Shown here one piece after another: positions 24,073 through 33,056 of a stretch of DNA of 64,000 bases (the stretch's first letter is position 1; each line of letters starts with the position of its first letter). The notes under the pieces were generated by a model. The model was not told where the DNA came from and did not search any database. It was given only the letters and a program-made list of their open reading frames with translations. Source of the DNA: an uncultured delta proteobacterium (GTDB lineage Bacteria; Myxococcota; Myxococcia; Myxococcales; Myxococcaceae); contig CAVYSY010000044.1 in assembly GCA_963771175.1 (NCBI GenBank), positions 1-64,000 on the forward strand, written 5' to 3'. The position numbers were made by a program, and so were the translations under genes.

Positions 24073-24112
24073 CTCCCGGAGGGCCCCCGTGCGCGCGAGG
24101 GCCCTCCGGGAG
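24073..24112. promoter_or_regulatory. Intergenic perfect 14 bp stem-loop
   Basis: CTCCCGGAGGGCCC-N12-GGGCCCTCCGGGAG between lipase and foldase genes. Confidence 0.6.
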
Positions 24113-24158
24113 TAGCCTTGCCCCACCACTTCCGCCCCCTGCCGGAGATGAAGTCCCC

Positions 24159-25220
24159 ATGAACCGTCGGAAGGCCCCCCTGCTGGTCGCCCTCGTGCTG
24201 CTCGTCGCCGGCTCGGCGCTGCTCGTCTTCAAGGCGCGCCCGGCGCAGGAGCCGTCCCCGGAAGCGGCCCCCGCGGGAGGCTCGGCGAAGGCGGCACAGC
24301 GGGCCGAGAGCGGCGGAAGCGCGGCGCGCACTGTCTCTCCGGGCGCTCCGATGGAGAGCACGCGCGGGCCGGTCCGCCCCGCCGAGGACATCGTCTCCTA
24401 CCTGCGCAACCGCTTCGGCGCCCGCATCCACGACCCGCACACGCAGATGCGCATGCTGGAGGACCTCATGCGCCACTTCCAGAAGCTCAACCCGAGCGGC
24501 TGGGAGGCGGACCTGCTGGCCACCCTCAAGCTGGCCTTCCCCGAGCTGTACGAGGAGCTGGCCGCGCGCCTGCACCAGCGGCTCGACTACGAGAAGTGGA
24601 TGAAGGAGCACCGCGACGAGCTGCAGCAGAAGCCCGACGCCGAGCGCCGCACCGCGGTGTGGGAGGAGCGCAACCGGCTCTTCGGCAAGGACGTGGCGGA
24701 GAAGATCTGGGCCGGCGAGCTGCGCAACCAGGCCGTGGCGAGCTCCCTGTCCACCATCGACGCGCTGCCGGATGCCACCGTCGGCGAGCGGATGGCGAAG
24801 TACAAGCAGAGCCTGGAGCAGACGTACGGCAAGGACACCGAGGCGTACGTGAAGCTGCACCAGCAGGAGCTGATGAACCACTTCCTGGACCTGGGCTCGG
24901 TGCAGAAGGAGCTCGCGACGCTGCCGCCCGACAAGCGCGCGGAGAGCCTGCGCTCCATCCGCCAGGACATGGGCCTGGACGAGGAGGCCCTCAAGCGCTG
25001 GGACGAGCTCGACAAGATGCGCGACACCCGCTGGGAGGTGGGCTCGCAGTACATGTCCGAGCGCGAGGCCCTGGCCCAGCAGTACTCGGGGACGGAGCTG
25101 GAGACTCGGTTGATGGAGCTGCGCTCGCGCTACTTCACCGAGGAGGCGGAGGTCATCGCCGAGGAGGAGGCCAGCGGCTTCTTCCGCTTCACCCGCCCCC
25201 GGCAGTGGGGCCGCAACTGA
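24159..25220 (+). CDS. Lipase chaperone (lipase-specific foldase-like)
   Basis: N-terminal anchor, helical body, ERNRLFG, LRSRYF; directly follows lipase. Confidence 0.75.
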   Translation: MNRRKAPLLVALVLLVAGSALLVFKARPAQEPSPEAAPAGGSAKAAQRAESGGSAARTVSPGAPMESTRGPVRPAEDIVSYLRNRFGARIHDPHTQMRMLEDLMRHFQKLNPSGWEADLLATLKLAFPELYEELAARLHQRLDYEKWMKEHRDELQQKPDAERRTAVWEERNRLFGKDVAEKIWAGELRNQAVASSLSTIDALPDATVGERMAKYKQSLEQTYGKDTEAYVKLHQQELMNHFLDLGSVQKELATLPPDKRAESLRSIRQDMGLDEEALKRWDELDKMRDTRWEVGSQYMSEREALAQQYSGTELETRLMELRSRYFTEEAEVIAEEEASGFFRFTRPRQWGRN

Positions 25221-25374
25221 CGAGGGCTCAGCGCGCCGTGAAGCCGCCGGCCATGACGAGCTCGCTGCCCGTCACGTAGCGCGAGGCGTCCGAGGCGAGG
25301 TAGAGAATGGCCTCGGCGATGTCCTCGGGTTCGCCCATGCGGCCCAGCGGCGAGGCGGCCTCCAGCTTCCTCCA
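25217..25374 (-). repeat. Left direct repeat: diverged copy of SDR 3' end (matches 46495-46651)
   Basis: [44 protein letters not shown] in both; roughly 90% nt identity by eye. Confidence 0.92.
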
Positions 25375-25517
25375 CGAGTGCAGCGGACGAAGGGGGCGAC
25401 CACGCCAGGTCTTCGACGAAAGAAGTAGGCGCAGGAGTTGAGCTTGGCCCCCTGTTTGGGTGGGCAAGGTGTGGCCTATCCTTCAGGGTTGTTGCACCTG
25501 GGGGAAAGGCCAGCGCC

Positions 25518-26654
25518 ATGGCGAGGGAGTACCGGAGTCCTGGGACGGGGGAGGGCGGCGGTACGCGGCTCGAGGCGGCGCGGAGCTCGCGTGGCGGGCC
25601 GTGGTGGGCCCTGCGTGCGTTGGCACTGGTGGTACTCGGGCTGCAGACGGCGTGCGCGACGGGCTACCCTATGGACGGGACGCTCACAGGCACGGCGCAC
25701 AGCTGGGGGCGCGCGCAGCGCGAGGGCCAGGCGGCGGCTGCGGTGTGGTCCGACGCTCCCAGCGAGGACCTGGAGGCCGCCAACCTCCGGCGAGCGGCGA
25801 CGCTGCCCTGGACAGATGGGGGTCGGTGCGTCGTCCAGGAGGCCTCGCAGCCCTGGCCCGTGCTGGCGGAGCGGTGCTACCAGGTGCTCGACCACGAGCG
25901 GGTCCGGTTCAGGGACACCACGGGGCGGTGCGCGGTCGCCTCTGCTGGCGCCGGCGCCGTCGGTGTCGGGCTGTGCGTCCTGGCCGCACCGGAGATAGTG
26001 GTGGGAGCCATCATCGTCGCCGGGGTCGTCGTGGTGGGCTTCGCCATTTCAGAGGCGCTGGAGGCGTACGAGAAGAGGGGCCGGCCCCAGGTGCGGCCGC
26101 CGCCGACGCTGCCCGTGCCGGACACACGTCCTGTGCCGGAGACACGGCCCGTGCCGGAAGCGCGGCCGGTGACAGAGACGAAGCCCGCTCCGCCGGAGCT
26201 CAAGAAGCAACGGCGTCCCAAGCCGGAGCCCGTCGGAGAGGACTGGCCGCCAGGGCCGGCCCCCGAGCCCACCGACAGGGAACGCGACCGCAAGTGCGAG
26301 GCCATTCCGGTGCCGCATTCAGGCGGAAACAAGGCACACAACACGTGCGCCGACTGGTATCCGCCCAACCGCTGGCCCGGGATGGATGCACGAGTAGACG
26401 GTAGGAACTTCGACGCGCTTCAGGTGGGAGTGCGTGTGCTGTGGGAGATCAAGGTCGAGAGGTTCGACGGGTACAGCGACTTCTTGAAGAAGATTACGGT
26501 CGAGAAGGAGATTAAAGAGTTTAGGGAGTACCGAGACATCGCGCTCGCCTGTGGATATGCCTTCAAGGTTGGGGTAATCAGCGAGGCCCACAAGGCCGCG
26601 CTCCTGAAGAAAGACCGCGGCTTCGATATCGTCGTCACAGAGTGCAAACGATGA
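25518..26654 (+). CDS. Lipoprotein polymorphic toxin, DUF6310-like restriction-endonuclease-fold C-terminus
   Basis: Lipobox LQTAC; hydrophobic segment; Pro-rich linker; FDAL...LWEIK; start uncertain. Confidence 0.75.
   Translation: MAREYRSPGTGEGGGTRLEAARSSRGGPWWALRALALVVLGLQTACATGYPMDGTLTGTAHSWGRAQREGQAAAAVWSDAPSEDLEAANLRRAATLPWTDGGRCVVQEASQPWPVLAERCYQVLDHERVRFRDTTGRCAVASAGAGAVGVGLCVLAAPEIVVGAIIVAGVVVVGFAISEALEAYEKRGRPQVRPPPTLPVPDTRPVPETRPVPEARPVTETKPAPPELKKQRRPKPEPVGEDWPPGPAPEPTDRERDRKCEAIPVPHSGGNKAHNTCADWYPPNRWPGMDARVDGRNFDALQVGVRVLWEIKVERFDGYSDFLKKITVEKEIKEFREYRDIALACGYAFKVGVISEAHKAALLKKDRGFDIVVTECKR
26112..26183 (+). repeat. 18 bp x4 intragenic tandem repeat
   Basis: PVPDTR PVPETR PVPEAR PVTETK. 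Confidence 0.85.
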
Positions 26655-27406
26655 CCAACCGAGCCGAGCTGCATCTCCACGTCTACGCGCCAGCACTCAC
26701 CACCGACGACGGACGTCCACTCGCGGCCGTTGAAGGGATGGAGCGCGCACTCCCCGGATTGCGGTTGGCGTGGCGGCTCTCGGACGCGGGGAATCCAATC
26801 CTGCTTTCGCAGCGCGCAGCGTGGCTGGCTGAGTCAGCGGCGGACGGCGAGTTCGGGTTGTTGTGCAATGGCGACGAGAGCTACCCGGTGACAGTTGGCG
26901 GGCAGCGAGAGAGCGCAATTGCGAGTCCGGGGCGCGAGCCGCTGCTGATTGTCCACGCCGTGTTGCCGCAGGATGAAACCGTTGTCGCTGCGGCCGTGAG
27001 CATGCTGGAGAACGTCGCTGAGGGCGTGCGCGCCCGGTGGGGCGTCGTGGCGCCCGGCCCCGTGAGGTTGGTCATCGCGGAGCAGACGGGCCCGAAGTCG
27101 GGGGGGCCGGAACGACCTCCTCACGGACTGCCGATGCTCAAGCTCCCGTGGAACATCCGCTCGCCCAGGGTTCCCCAGTACCTTGGGTGGCTCAACTACT
27201 GGTCCGCCACCGCCGCGGAGGCCATCGGCTTTCCGGACCCCTCCCGCGACGCGGAGCTGCTGGCCCGGGCCCGGCGCACGGCGTCGGGTGGGTGGGTGGT
27301 GAGCCTCACCGAGGCGCCGCTCGACCTGGACAAGCCCGCCCACGTTGAGGCGCTCAAAGGGGCCTACGAGCGCTTCCCGGAGATCGGTGGGCGTGCAGAG
27401 ACATGA
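26651..27406 (+). CDS. Immunity protein, DUF5953-like
   Basis: ATGA overlap with toxin; LGWLNYWS..AAEAIGFPDP, YERFPEIGGR. Confidence 0.78.
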   Translation: MTNRAELHLHVYAPALTTDDGRPLAAVEGMERALPGLRLAWRLSDAGNPILLSQRAAWLAESAADGEFGLLCNGDESYPVTVGGQRESAIASPGREPLLIVHAVLPQDETVVAAAVSMLENVAEGVRARWGVVAPGPVRLVIAEQTGPKSGGPERPPHGLPMLKLPWNIRSPRVPQYLGWLNYWSATAAEAIGFPDPSRDAELLARARRTASGGWVVSLTEAPLDLDKPAHVEALKGAYERFPEIGGRAET

Positions 27407-27545
27407 CCTAGCTGCGATGGAAGGGACGCACCCATGAACTCTGGGCCTGTGGCGCCTCATGGCGCCTGTTATGCGTCCCTGTCCCTCTGGCCGATTCCCC
27501 GACACGCTCCTAGGTGCGGGGGAGCTGCTCGGCCGAGGAGTCGTG

Positions 27546-28187
27546 TCAGCCTCGGGCCGTGAGCACCAACAGCCCTTCATTCCGAGCCTGCGCCATTCGG
27601 AGTGCTCGGGGAATGAAGGCAAACAGGTCCTCTGGGTTGGTGCTTTGGTTGTTGCCTCGGGCCAGCCAGCTCTGGGCGCGCTCGAGCATCTCGGAGGAGG
27701 GGTGGTCGAGCAGTGCAGTGACGGCGCGCAGGCGTTCGCCGACGTCACTGGGCGCTGCGAAGAGGGCGCCGAAGTGGCCCGGCAGGCGCTCCGCCCGGTC
27801 CGGTCCCAGGCCGAAGTACAGGGCGGCGGCCGCTGGCGTGCGGTCGGCTATGAGCACGCTGGCGTTCTCCTCGGTGGGCTCGATACCCCACTCCTTGTAC
27901 TCCGCGCCGGTCATGAAGAGCCCTTCACCAAGGGCTCTCATGCCAGCGGGGCGGAAGATCTCGTCGAAGGTTTCGGAGTCCTTGGTCCTCTTCCACGCGT
28001 CAGCGTCGTCAGGGTCGGGTACGAGTTCGGGGCACAGTGAGCTGGGGGTCTTTCGCCAGCGGGCGAGCACCCGCCGCGCCGTCGCGCGCACAGGGGAGGC
28101 GGTGACAGCCTCGGAGAACCGCGCGGCGGCCGCGGGGACATGCTTGGGGGGGATGCACAGAGACAGCCATAGGAAGCTCACACCCAT
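27546..28187 (-). CDS. Hypothetical protein (cargo unit)
   Basis: 213 aa ORF ~70 bp from repeat copy 1. Confidence 0.65.
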   Translation of the reverse strand: MGVSFLWLSLCIPPKHVPAAAARFSEAVTASPVRATARRVLARWRKTPSSLCPELVPDPDDADAWKRTKDSETFDEIFRPAGMRALGEGLFMTGAEYKEWGIEPTEENASVLIADRTPAAAALYFGLGPDRAERLPGHFGALFAAPSDVGERLRAVTALLDHPSSEMLERAQSWLARGNNQSTNPEDLFAFIPRALRMAQARNEGLLVLTARG

Positions 28188-28257
28188 GACCAGAGAGTAC
28201 CCGGCCCGCAGGTGGGGCTGCGAGAGCTTCCGGGAGTTCGGTGGGCGCGCATAGGCC

Positions 28258-28325
28258 CCGGGGAAGGTGTCAAAGGATTCGTTCCGACACCTCGTCTCCT
28301 ACGAATCGTCTGACACCATTCCTGG
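28258..28325. repeat. 68 bp palindromic REP-like element, copy 1
   Basis: CCGGGGAAGGTGTCAAAGGATTCGTTCCGACACCTCGTCTCCTACGAATCGTCTGACACCATTCCTGG. Confidence 0.95.
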
Positions 28326-28446
28326 GCCCCCTTCCTTTGGAATCTCTCTTCGACGATAGGGTCTGGGGCGGTACGTTCCCGTTCGCAGCTCCTCGGCTAT
28401 CCGCGCCAGGAACTCCTCCCGGCCCGTCTCCTCGATGCGTTCGAAC

Positions 28447-28473
28447 GTACGAGTTCTTTGACACCTTCCCCGG
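28447..28473 (-). repeat. REP-like half-site, reverse orientation
   Basis: Reverse complement reads CCGGGGAAGGTGTCAAAGAACTCGTAC. Confidence 0.85.
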
Positions 28474-29111
28474 CTTCGGCGCCCGCATCCACGACCCGCA
28501 CACGCAGATGCGCATGCTGGAGGACCTCATGCGCCACTTCCAGAAGCTCAACCCGAGCGGCTGGGAGGCGGACCTGCTGGCCACCCTCAAGCTGGCCTTC
28601 CCCGAGCTGTACGAGGAGCTGGCCGCGCGCCTGCACCAGCGGCTCGACTACGAGAAGTGGATGAAGGAGCACCGCGACGAGCTGCAGCAGAAGCCCGACG
28701 CCGAGCGCCGCACCGCGGTGTGGGAGGAGCGCAACCGGCTCTTCGGCAAGGACGTGGCGGAAAAAATCTGGGCCGGCGAGCTGCGCAACCAGGCCGTGGC
28801 GAGCTCCCTGTCCACCATCGACGCGCTGCCGGATGCCACCGTCGGCGAGCGGATGGCGAAGTACAAGCAGAGCCTGGAGCAGACGTACGGCAAGGACACC
28901 GAGGCGTACGTGAAGCTGCACCAGCAGGAGCTGATGAACCACTTCCTGGACCTGGGCTCGGTGCAGAAGGAGCTCGCGACGCTGCCGCCCGACAAGCGCG
29001 CGGAGAGCCTGCGCTCCATCCGCCAGGACATGGGCCTGGACGAGGAGGCCCTCATGCGCTGGGACGAGCTCGACAAGATGCGCGACACCCGCTGGGAGGT
29101 GGGCTCGCAGT
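28473..29111 (+). pseudogene. 639 bp internal duplicate of lipase chaperone (24412-25050)
   Basis: Near-identical; three substitutions seen; lacks both termini. Confidence 0.95.
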
Positions 29112-29145
29112 CATTCCAAGAATAGGGAGCGAGCAGGAGGCTCCC

Positions 29146-29601
29146 CTACTTCAGGCGGACTTTGTGCCGCTCCGCCGTGGCGTTGGGCCGTCCCATGAAG
29201 GTGTCGAGAAGGCGTTCCTCCACCCCCACCTCTTCCCAAACAGAGGCGCGCTCAAGGCCGATGCACTCTTGCGGTTCCGCACGTCTCTCATTGCCGGCGG
29301 TGTCGAAGATCAAGCAGTCGCGGAAGTTCCCCCGGTCCTGCATGAACTGAACGATGGGTTGAGAAAACTGCTCTTCCAGCTTCCTCCACCCGAGGACTTC
29401 CCACCCCCTCTCGTCCATATGGCGAACAGCCATCTTGAAGAGGATGGGCATGGAGGCAATCCGGTCCAAGTCAGAATCCGGAGTGTCGGTCCTATAATCG
29501 TAATAGGCATCATGCGGCATGTTCAGCACCCGGCCGTAGCCAAAGGAGCCGTCTGCGAGAGGAATTCTCAAGAACGACCCGGGCTTGTAGAGGCGCGGCA
29601 T
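29146..29601 (-). CDS. Immunity protein, Imm26-like
   Basis: PGSFLRIPLADGSFGYGRVL...CIGLERASVW..VEERL. Confidence 0.75.
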   Translation of the reverse strand: MPRLYKPGSFLRIPLADGSFGYGRVLNMPHDAYYDYRTDTPDSDLDRIASMPILFKMAVRHMDERGWEVLGWRKLEEQFSQPIVQFMQDRGNFRDCLIFDTAGNERRAEPQECIGLERASVWEEVGVEERLLDTFMGRPNATAERHKVRLK

Positions 29602-29604
29602 CTG

Positions 29605-29853
29605 CTAATATCCCGTGTATGGGTGAAGTAGGCCCCACAACTCCGTGGCGGCATCGTGAAACCATCGGCCTCGCGGATTGTCCTTCGCCACGCCGCGTAC
29701 GGCATTCTCGGTGCGATAGGGCTCTCCAGTGTCGGAGCGGGCGCCTCCCAGGGAATCAATCAACTGCTGCTCTCTCCCGCGAATCCGCCAATACGCGACG
29801 TCATCATATCTCTGGCCATAGTCAATGGCGCTCCCAACATCGAACTTATCCCC
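29605..29853 (-). pseudogene. Orphan toxin C-terminal fragment, 5'-truncated at REP half-site
   Basis: Manual translation GDKFDVG...IRGREQQLIDSLGGARSDTG...NAVRGVAKDNPRG..FHDAA...YTGY*; stop 3 nt before Imm26-like ATG. Confidence 0.7.
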
Positions 29854-29878
29854 GGGAAGGTGTCAAAGGATTCGTTCC
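29851..29878 (+). repeat. REP-like half-site
   Basis: CCCGGGAAGGTGTCAAAGGATTCGTTCC. Confidence 0.9.
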
Positions 29879-30019
29879 AGCTCTCGGGGTGGACGGCCAT
29901 CGCCCACGGGAGACGGTCGGCCCGCGGCTCCGACACGGGCGGCGCTCTGGCACGGCTCCTGGCCGTGCCCTTGCATCGCGCCCCGTCGCACGTGGGGGCA
30001 CGAGGCCCTCCCGGAGGAG

Positions 30020-30613
30020 ATGACGATGGAGCGCTCGGGAATGAATGAGGTGTTGGAGCGGCTGCTGGGACTGGAGGGCCTGTGCGTGAAGGGCGCGAGC
30101 CTCGAACGCGAGGGACTGGTGGTCCACGCCCGGGTACGCCTCCCCGCGCCCCGGTGCGGAATCTGTAACGACTTCCAGCCCCCGTATGGCTGGCAGCCCG
30201 TGCGCCGATGGCGGCATCTCACGCTGGAGCGCACCCCCGTGTGGCTGAGCTACGCGCCGCACCGCGCGAACTGTCACGCGCATGGCGTCCGCGTGCAGCG
30301 GGTCCCCTGGGCGGCGCACGGCGCTCGCTGCACCACCGAGTTCGAGCAGATGATTCCCTGGCTGTGCCGCCGCATCGGCATTGCCGCCACCTGCCGGATG
30401 ATGCGCATTCCGTGGCGCACCGCCGAGCGCCTCCAGTCTCTGTGCGTCATGCTCATGCCGGACCTGAAGCGCATCGAGGAGCACTACGTCATCGGCGCGG
30501 ACGCGCTGTCGCTCCGAAGCCATGCGCGGGAACTGGCGGCGGTGCTGGAGCAGTTCGGGAGGCCCCAGCCCATCACGATGACGCTGCCCTCGCTGCCCGC
30601 GAGTGCTTGCTGA
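30020..30613 (+). pseudogene. ISL3-family transposase N-terminal part (zinc finger + HTH), no DDE domain
   Basis: RCGIC, RRWRHL, C..HGVRVQRVPWA...RCTTEFE; GGAGGA RBS. Confidence 0.75.
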
Positions 30614-30620
30614 GAGCCTA

Positions 30621-30648
30621 GCCGAGCGCACGCAGGGGATGGGGATGG
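30621..30648 (+). repeat. Exact 28 bp copy of RAYT 5' leader (35744-35771)
   Basis: GCCGAGCGCACGCAGGGGATGGGGATGG. Confidence 0.9.
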
Positions 30649-30659
30649 GCCGGGAAGGC

Positions 30660-30727
30660 CCGGGGAAGGTGTCAAAGGATTCGTTCCGACACCTCGTCTC
30701 CTACGAATCGTCTGACACCATTCCTGG
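30660..30727. repeat. 68 bp palindromic REP-like element, copy 2
   Basis: Identical to copy 1. Confidence 0.95.
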
Positions 30728-30789
30728 GCACCAGGAGGTATTCGGTTCCCTAAGAGACACACTCGGTGCTCTCGACAGCGGAGCCGCCC

Positions 30790-30809
30790 CCTACGAACCG
30801 TCTGACACC
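30790..30809. repeat. REP-like right arm overlapping the serine hydrolase stop
   Basis: CCTACGAACCGTCTGACACC. Confidence 0.8.
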
Positions 30810-32482
30810 CAGCCCCGATAGAGCTTGCCCACGCCCGAGCCTTCTCGGCTGCCGGCGGGCTCCTGGTTCAACCACTCGTCGTGAATGGAGGTGACCTCCA
30901 GGCCGTCCCCTGCGTCGAGCCCGATCCCGGAGGTGCCGACCTCGTTCTCGCCGGTGGTCTCGTAGACGAACTTGAAGTACCGGGAGCCGCTGTCGTAGCA
31001 ACGGATGGGAAAGCGCCAGAAGGGCCGTCCGTTCACCTGCTCGCCCATGCTGAGGAACACGTCGTCGCCCTCCCGCTCGATCACGATGTCACAGCCGTAG
31101 TAAGCGCTGTGGCCCCGGAACACGAGGCCCTTCCGCAGCAGGTCGGGGACGGGTTGGCGCGCGGTCTCGCGGTAGCGCTCCGCGTTCTCGAGCTTCTTCG
31201 CGTCGACCACGCTCACCATGCGATCGCGGCCGACCCCGAACAACTCGGCGTAGTCGAGCTCCCCGCCGCTCGTCTTCAAGGAGTCGGGCACCGGTTGTCC
31301 GTAGAGGTGATTGAAGAAGATCCTCGTCAGGATCTCCGGGACGCCGGCCATCTCGCCGTTCGTGAGGATGGCGACCCCGACGCCCATATCGGGATCGAAG
31401 CGCACGCACGTCGAGGCCCCCAGCTTGAACGCTCCCGAGTGGCTGAAGGAATATGCGTTGAGCGCGGCCGAGCCCACATTCCGGAAGGACTGCTCATCGG
31501 AGTAATCGGTGACGATCCACCCGAGCGAGTACCCCTTGGGATTGGGCTTCCGCTCGGGGAATTGATCGCCGAAGCGCTTGTCCAAATGGGCCCCGAGGAA
31601 CGTCGCCATATCCCGCGCCGAAGAGAGGAGCGACCCCGCAGGCGCCTGCCGCGTGGGGTTCCGTTCGTGCTCTTTGTCGACCATCCTCCACGACCACCCG
31701 AGGCGATCGTTCGGCAGCGGCGCGGTGGGCATGAGCAGCCACGAGCCCCGGTGAGGAATCACCCGATCCCCCGCCTCGCGGTCGAAGGCCGACGTGAAGA
31801 CGTACGTGGAGCGATTCATTCCCAGCTTCGTCAGCGCGTCCTTGGAGAAGTTCTCCCAGTCGGTCTTGGCGATGCCGCGCGCGGCGCCCAGGCAACCCAT
31901 GGTGAACCCGAAATTGGTGTAGCGGTGCACGCCCGGTTGGATGCCGGTCTGATGGTCCATGATGTTGCGGAGGAGCTGATCTCTGGGCATCGACGGGTTC
32001 ATGTCCTCGATGAGATCTCCGGCGTGATCGGGCAGCCCGGACAGGTGGCTCAACCACTGTCGGAGGGTCGTGCTCCCCGCCGCGTGGGCCAGTTTGTATG
32101 GATGCTTGCGCTCATTGTCTTGATACACGACCTCGTCCCACTTGGGCTCTCCGCCCGTTCTGTCGACGAGCAGTGTCGTCGAGACGGACTTGGACACCGA
32201 CGCGCAGGGGAACAACGTATCGGGGCCGGGCGTCGAGGAGGGATCGTCGAGCCTCTTCACGCCGTATCCGAAGTAGAGGACCTGGCTCGTCGGGCGGTGG
32301 ACGACCGCGATCGACAGGCCGGGTGTCCAACACTCCCCCCATGGCCCCTGGCGGGTGGCGAAGTCCGCCGCCTCCTTGAGCACGGCGACGGCCGCGTCCA
32401 CCTCGGCGGCGGTGCAGTGCCTCGTTTGCGGAGGCGGAGGGTCTTTGAGGTATTTGACGGCGTCGTAATCACTATTTTTCAT
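30791..32482 (-). CDS. Serine hydrolase, beta-lactamase/AmpC-like family
   Basis: FPCASVSK (SxxK), YTN, PAGSLLSSARDM, HSG; no signal peptide. Confidence 0.88.
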   Translation of the reverse strand: MKNSDYDAVKYLKDPPPPQTRHCTAAEVDAAVAVLKEAADFATRQGPWGECWTPGLSIAVVHRPTSQVLYFGYGVKRLDDPSSTPGPDTLFPCASVSKSVSTTLLVDRTGGEPKWDEVVYQDNERKHPYKLAHAAGSTTLRQWLSHLSGLPDHAGDLIEDMNPSMPRDQLLRNIMDHQTGIQPGVHRYTNFGFTMGCLGAARGIAKTDWENFSKDALTKLGMNRSTYVFTSAFDREAGDRVIPHRGSWLLMPTAPLPNDRLGWSWRMVDKEHERNPTRQAPAGSLLSSARDMATFLGAHLDKRFGDQFPERKPNPKGYSLGWIVTDYSDEQSFRNVGSAALNAYSFSHSGAFKLGASTCVRFDPDMGVGVAILTNGEMAGVPEILTRIFFNHLYGQPVPDSLKTSGGELDYAELFGVGRDRMVSVVDAKKLENAERYRETARQPVPDLLRKGLVFRGHSAYYGCDIVIEREGDDVFLSMGEQVNGRPFWRFPIRCYDSGSRYFKFVYETTGENEVGTSGIGLDAGDGLEVTSIHDEWLNQEPAGSREGSGVGKLYRGWVSDGS

Positions 32483-32535
32483 CGTACGACTACATATGCG
32501 CGCCCGGGCACCGTCAATAGGAAGAGCCTGTCTGA

Positions 32536-32648
32536 GAAGGTGTCAAACACCTCGTAAGCGGCGGGGAAGGTGTCGGGGAAGGCGGGGAAGGTGTCAAAGG
32601 ATTCGTTTCGACACCTCGTCTCCTACGAATCGTCTGACACCATTCCTG
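32536..32648. repeat. REP-like cluster: short variant, stuttered left ends and full copy 3 (32582-32648)
   Basis: GGTGTCAAACACCTCGTAA; GGGGAAGGTGTC repeated; full copy with one internal substitution. Confidence 0.93.
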
Positions 32649-32695
32649 CCGCCACCTCGGGTCTGATTTCGAGCTGGGCGTGGGCGCAGGCCCCA

Positions 32696-33046
32696 TCATC
32701 GGAGCAAGAACGTCCGGTGGGCCTCCGCGAGCCCATCGAACGCGGCCTGTTGCCGACGAATCGCCTTGAGGAGATCCATGCCGCAGTGAGGACAGTACTG
32801 CAGCGGGAGCTCCATCATCACCTTGATGCCGAGGGCGCGCCCTTGCTCATCGCGGTTCAGGCGCCCCATCAGCTCTCCGTGCTCCTTGCCCAGCGCCCCC
32901 AGTTCCTTCAGCTGCCACTCCGTGAAGGGTCTCGCCTGGACGACGAACCGGCGATAGTCCCCATCGCGGAAGGCCACCACGCCCAGGCCCTGACTCCCAG
33001 TGGTCGCGAGCATGTTCGTCAACCATTCGCAGCCTTCGAATTCCAT
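32696..33046 (-). CDS. Small hypothetical protein with CxxC (cargo unit)
   Basis: YCPHCG; fills the interval between repeat copies 3 and 4. Confidence 0.7.
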   Translation of the reverse strand: MEFEGCEWLTNMLATTGSQGLGVVAFRDGDYRRFVVQARPFTEWQLKELGALGKEHGELMGRLNRDEQGRALGIKVMMELPLQYCPHCGMDLLKAIRRQQAAFDGLAEAHRTFLLR

Positions 33047-33056
33047 GACCGATTCT

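Noticed and set aside
28241..29125. Second intact lipase chaperone gene
   Set aside because: N-terminus is read through repeat DNA; only an internal fragment is duplicated.
29948..29963. Sigma54 promoter TGGCACG
   Set aside because: The -12 GC is one base off the required spacing.
29656..30048. 130 aa plus-strand ORF
   Set aside because: Antisense to the toxin fragment and runs through a repeat half-site.
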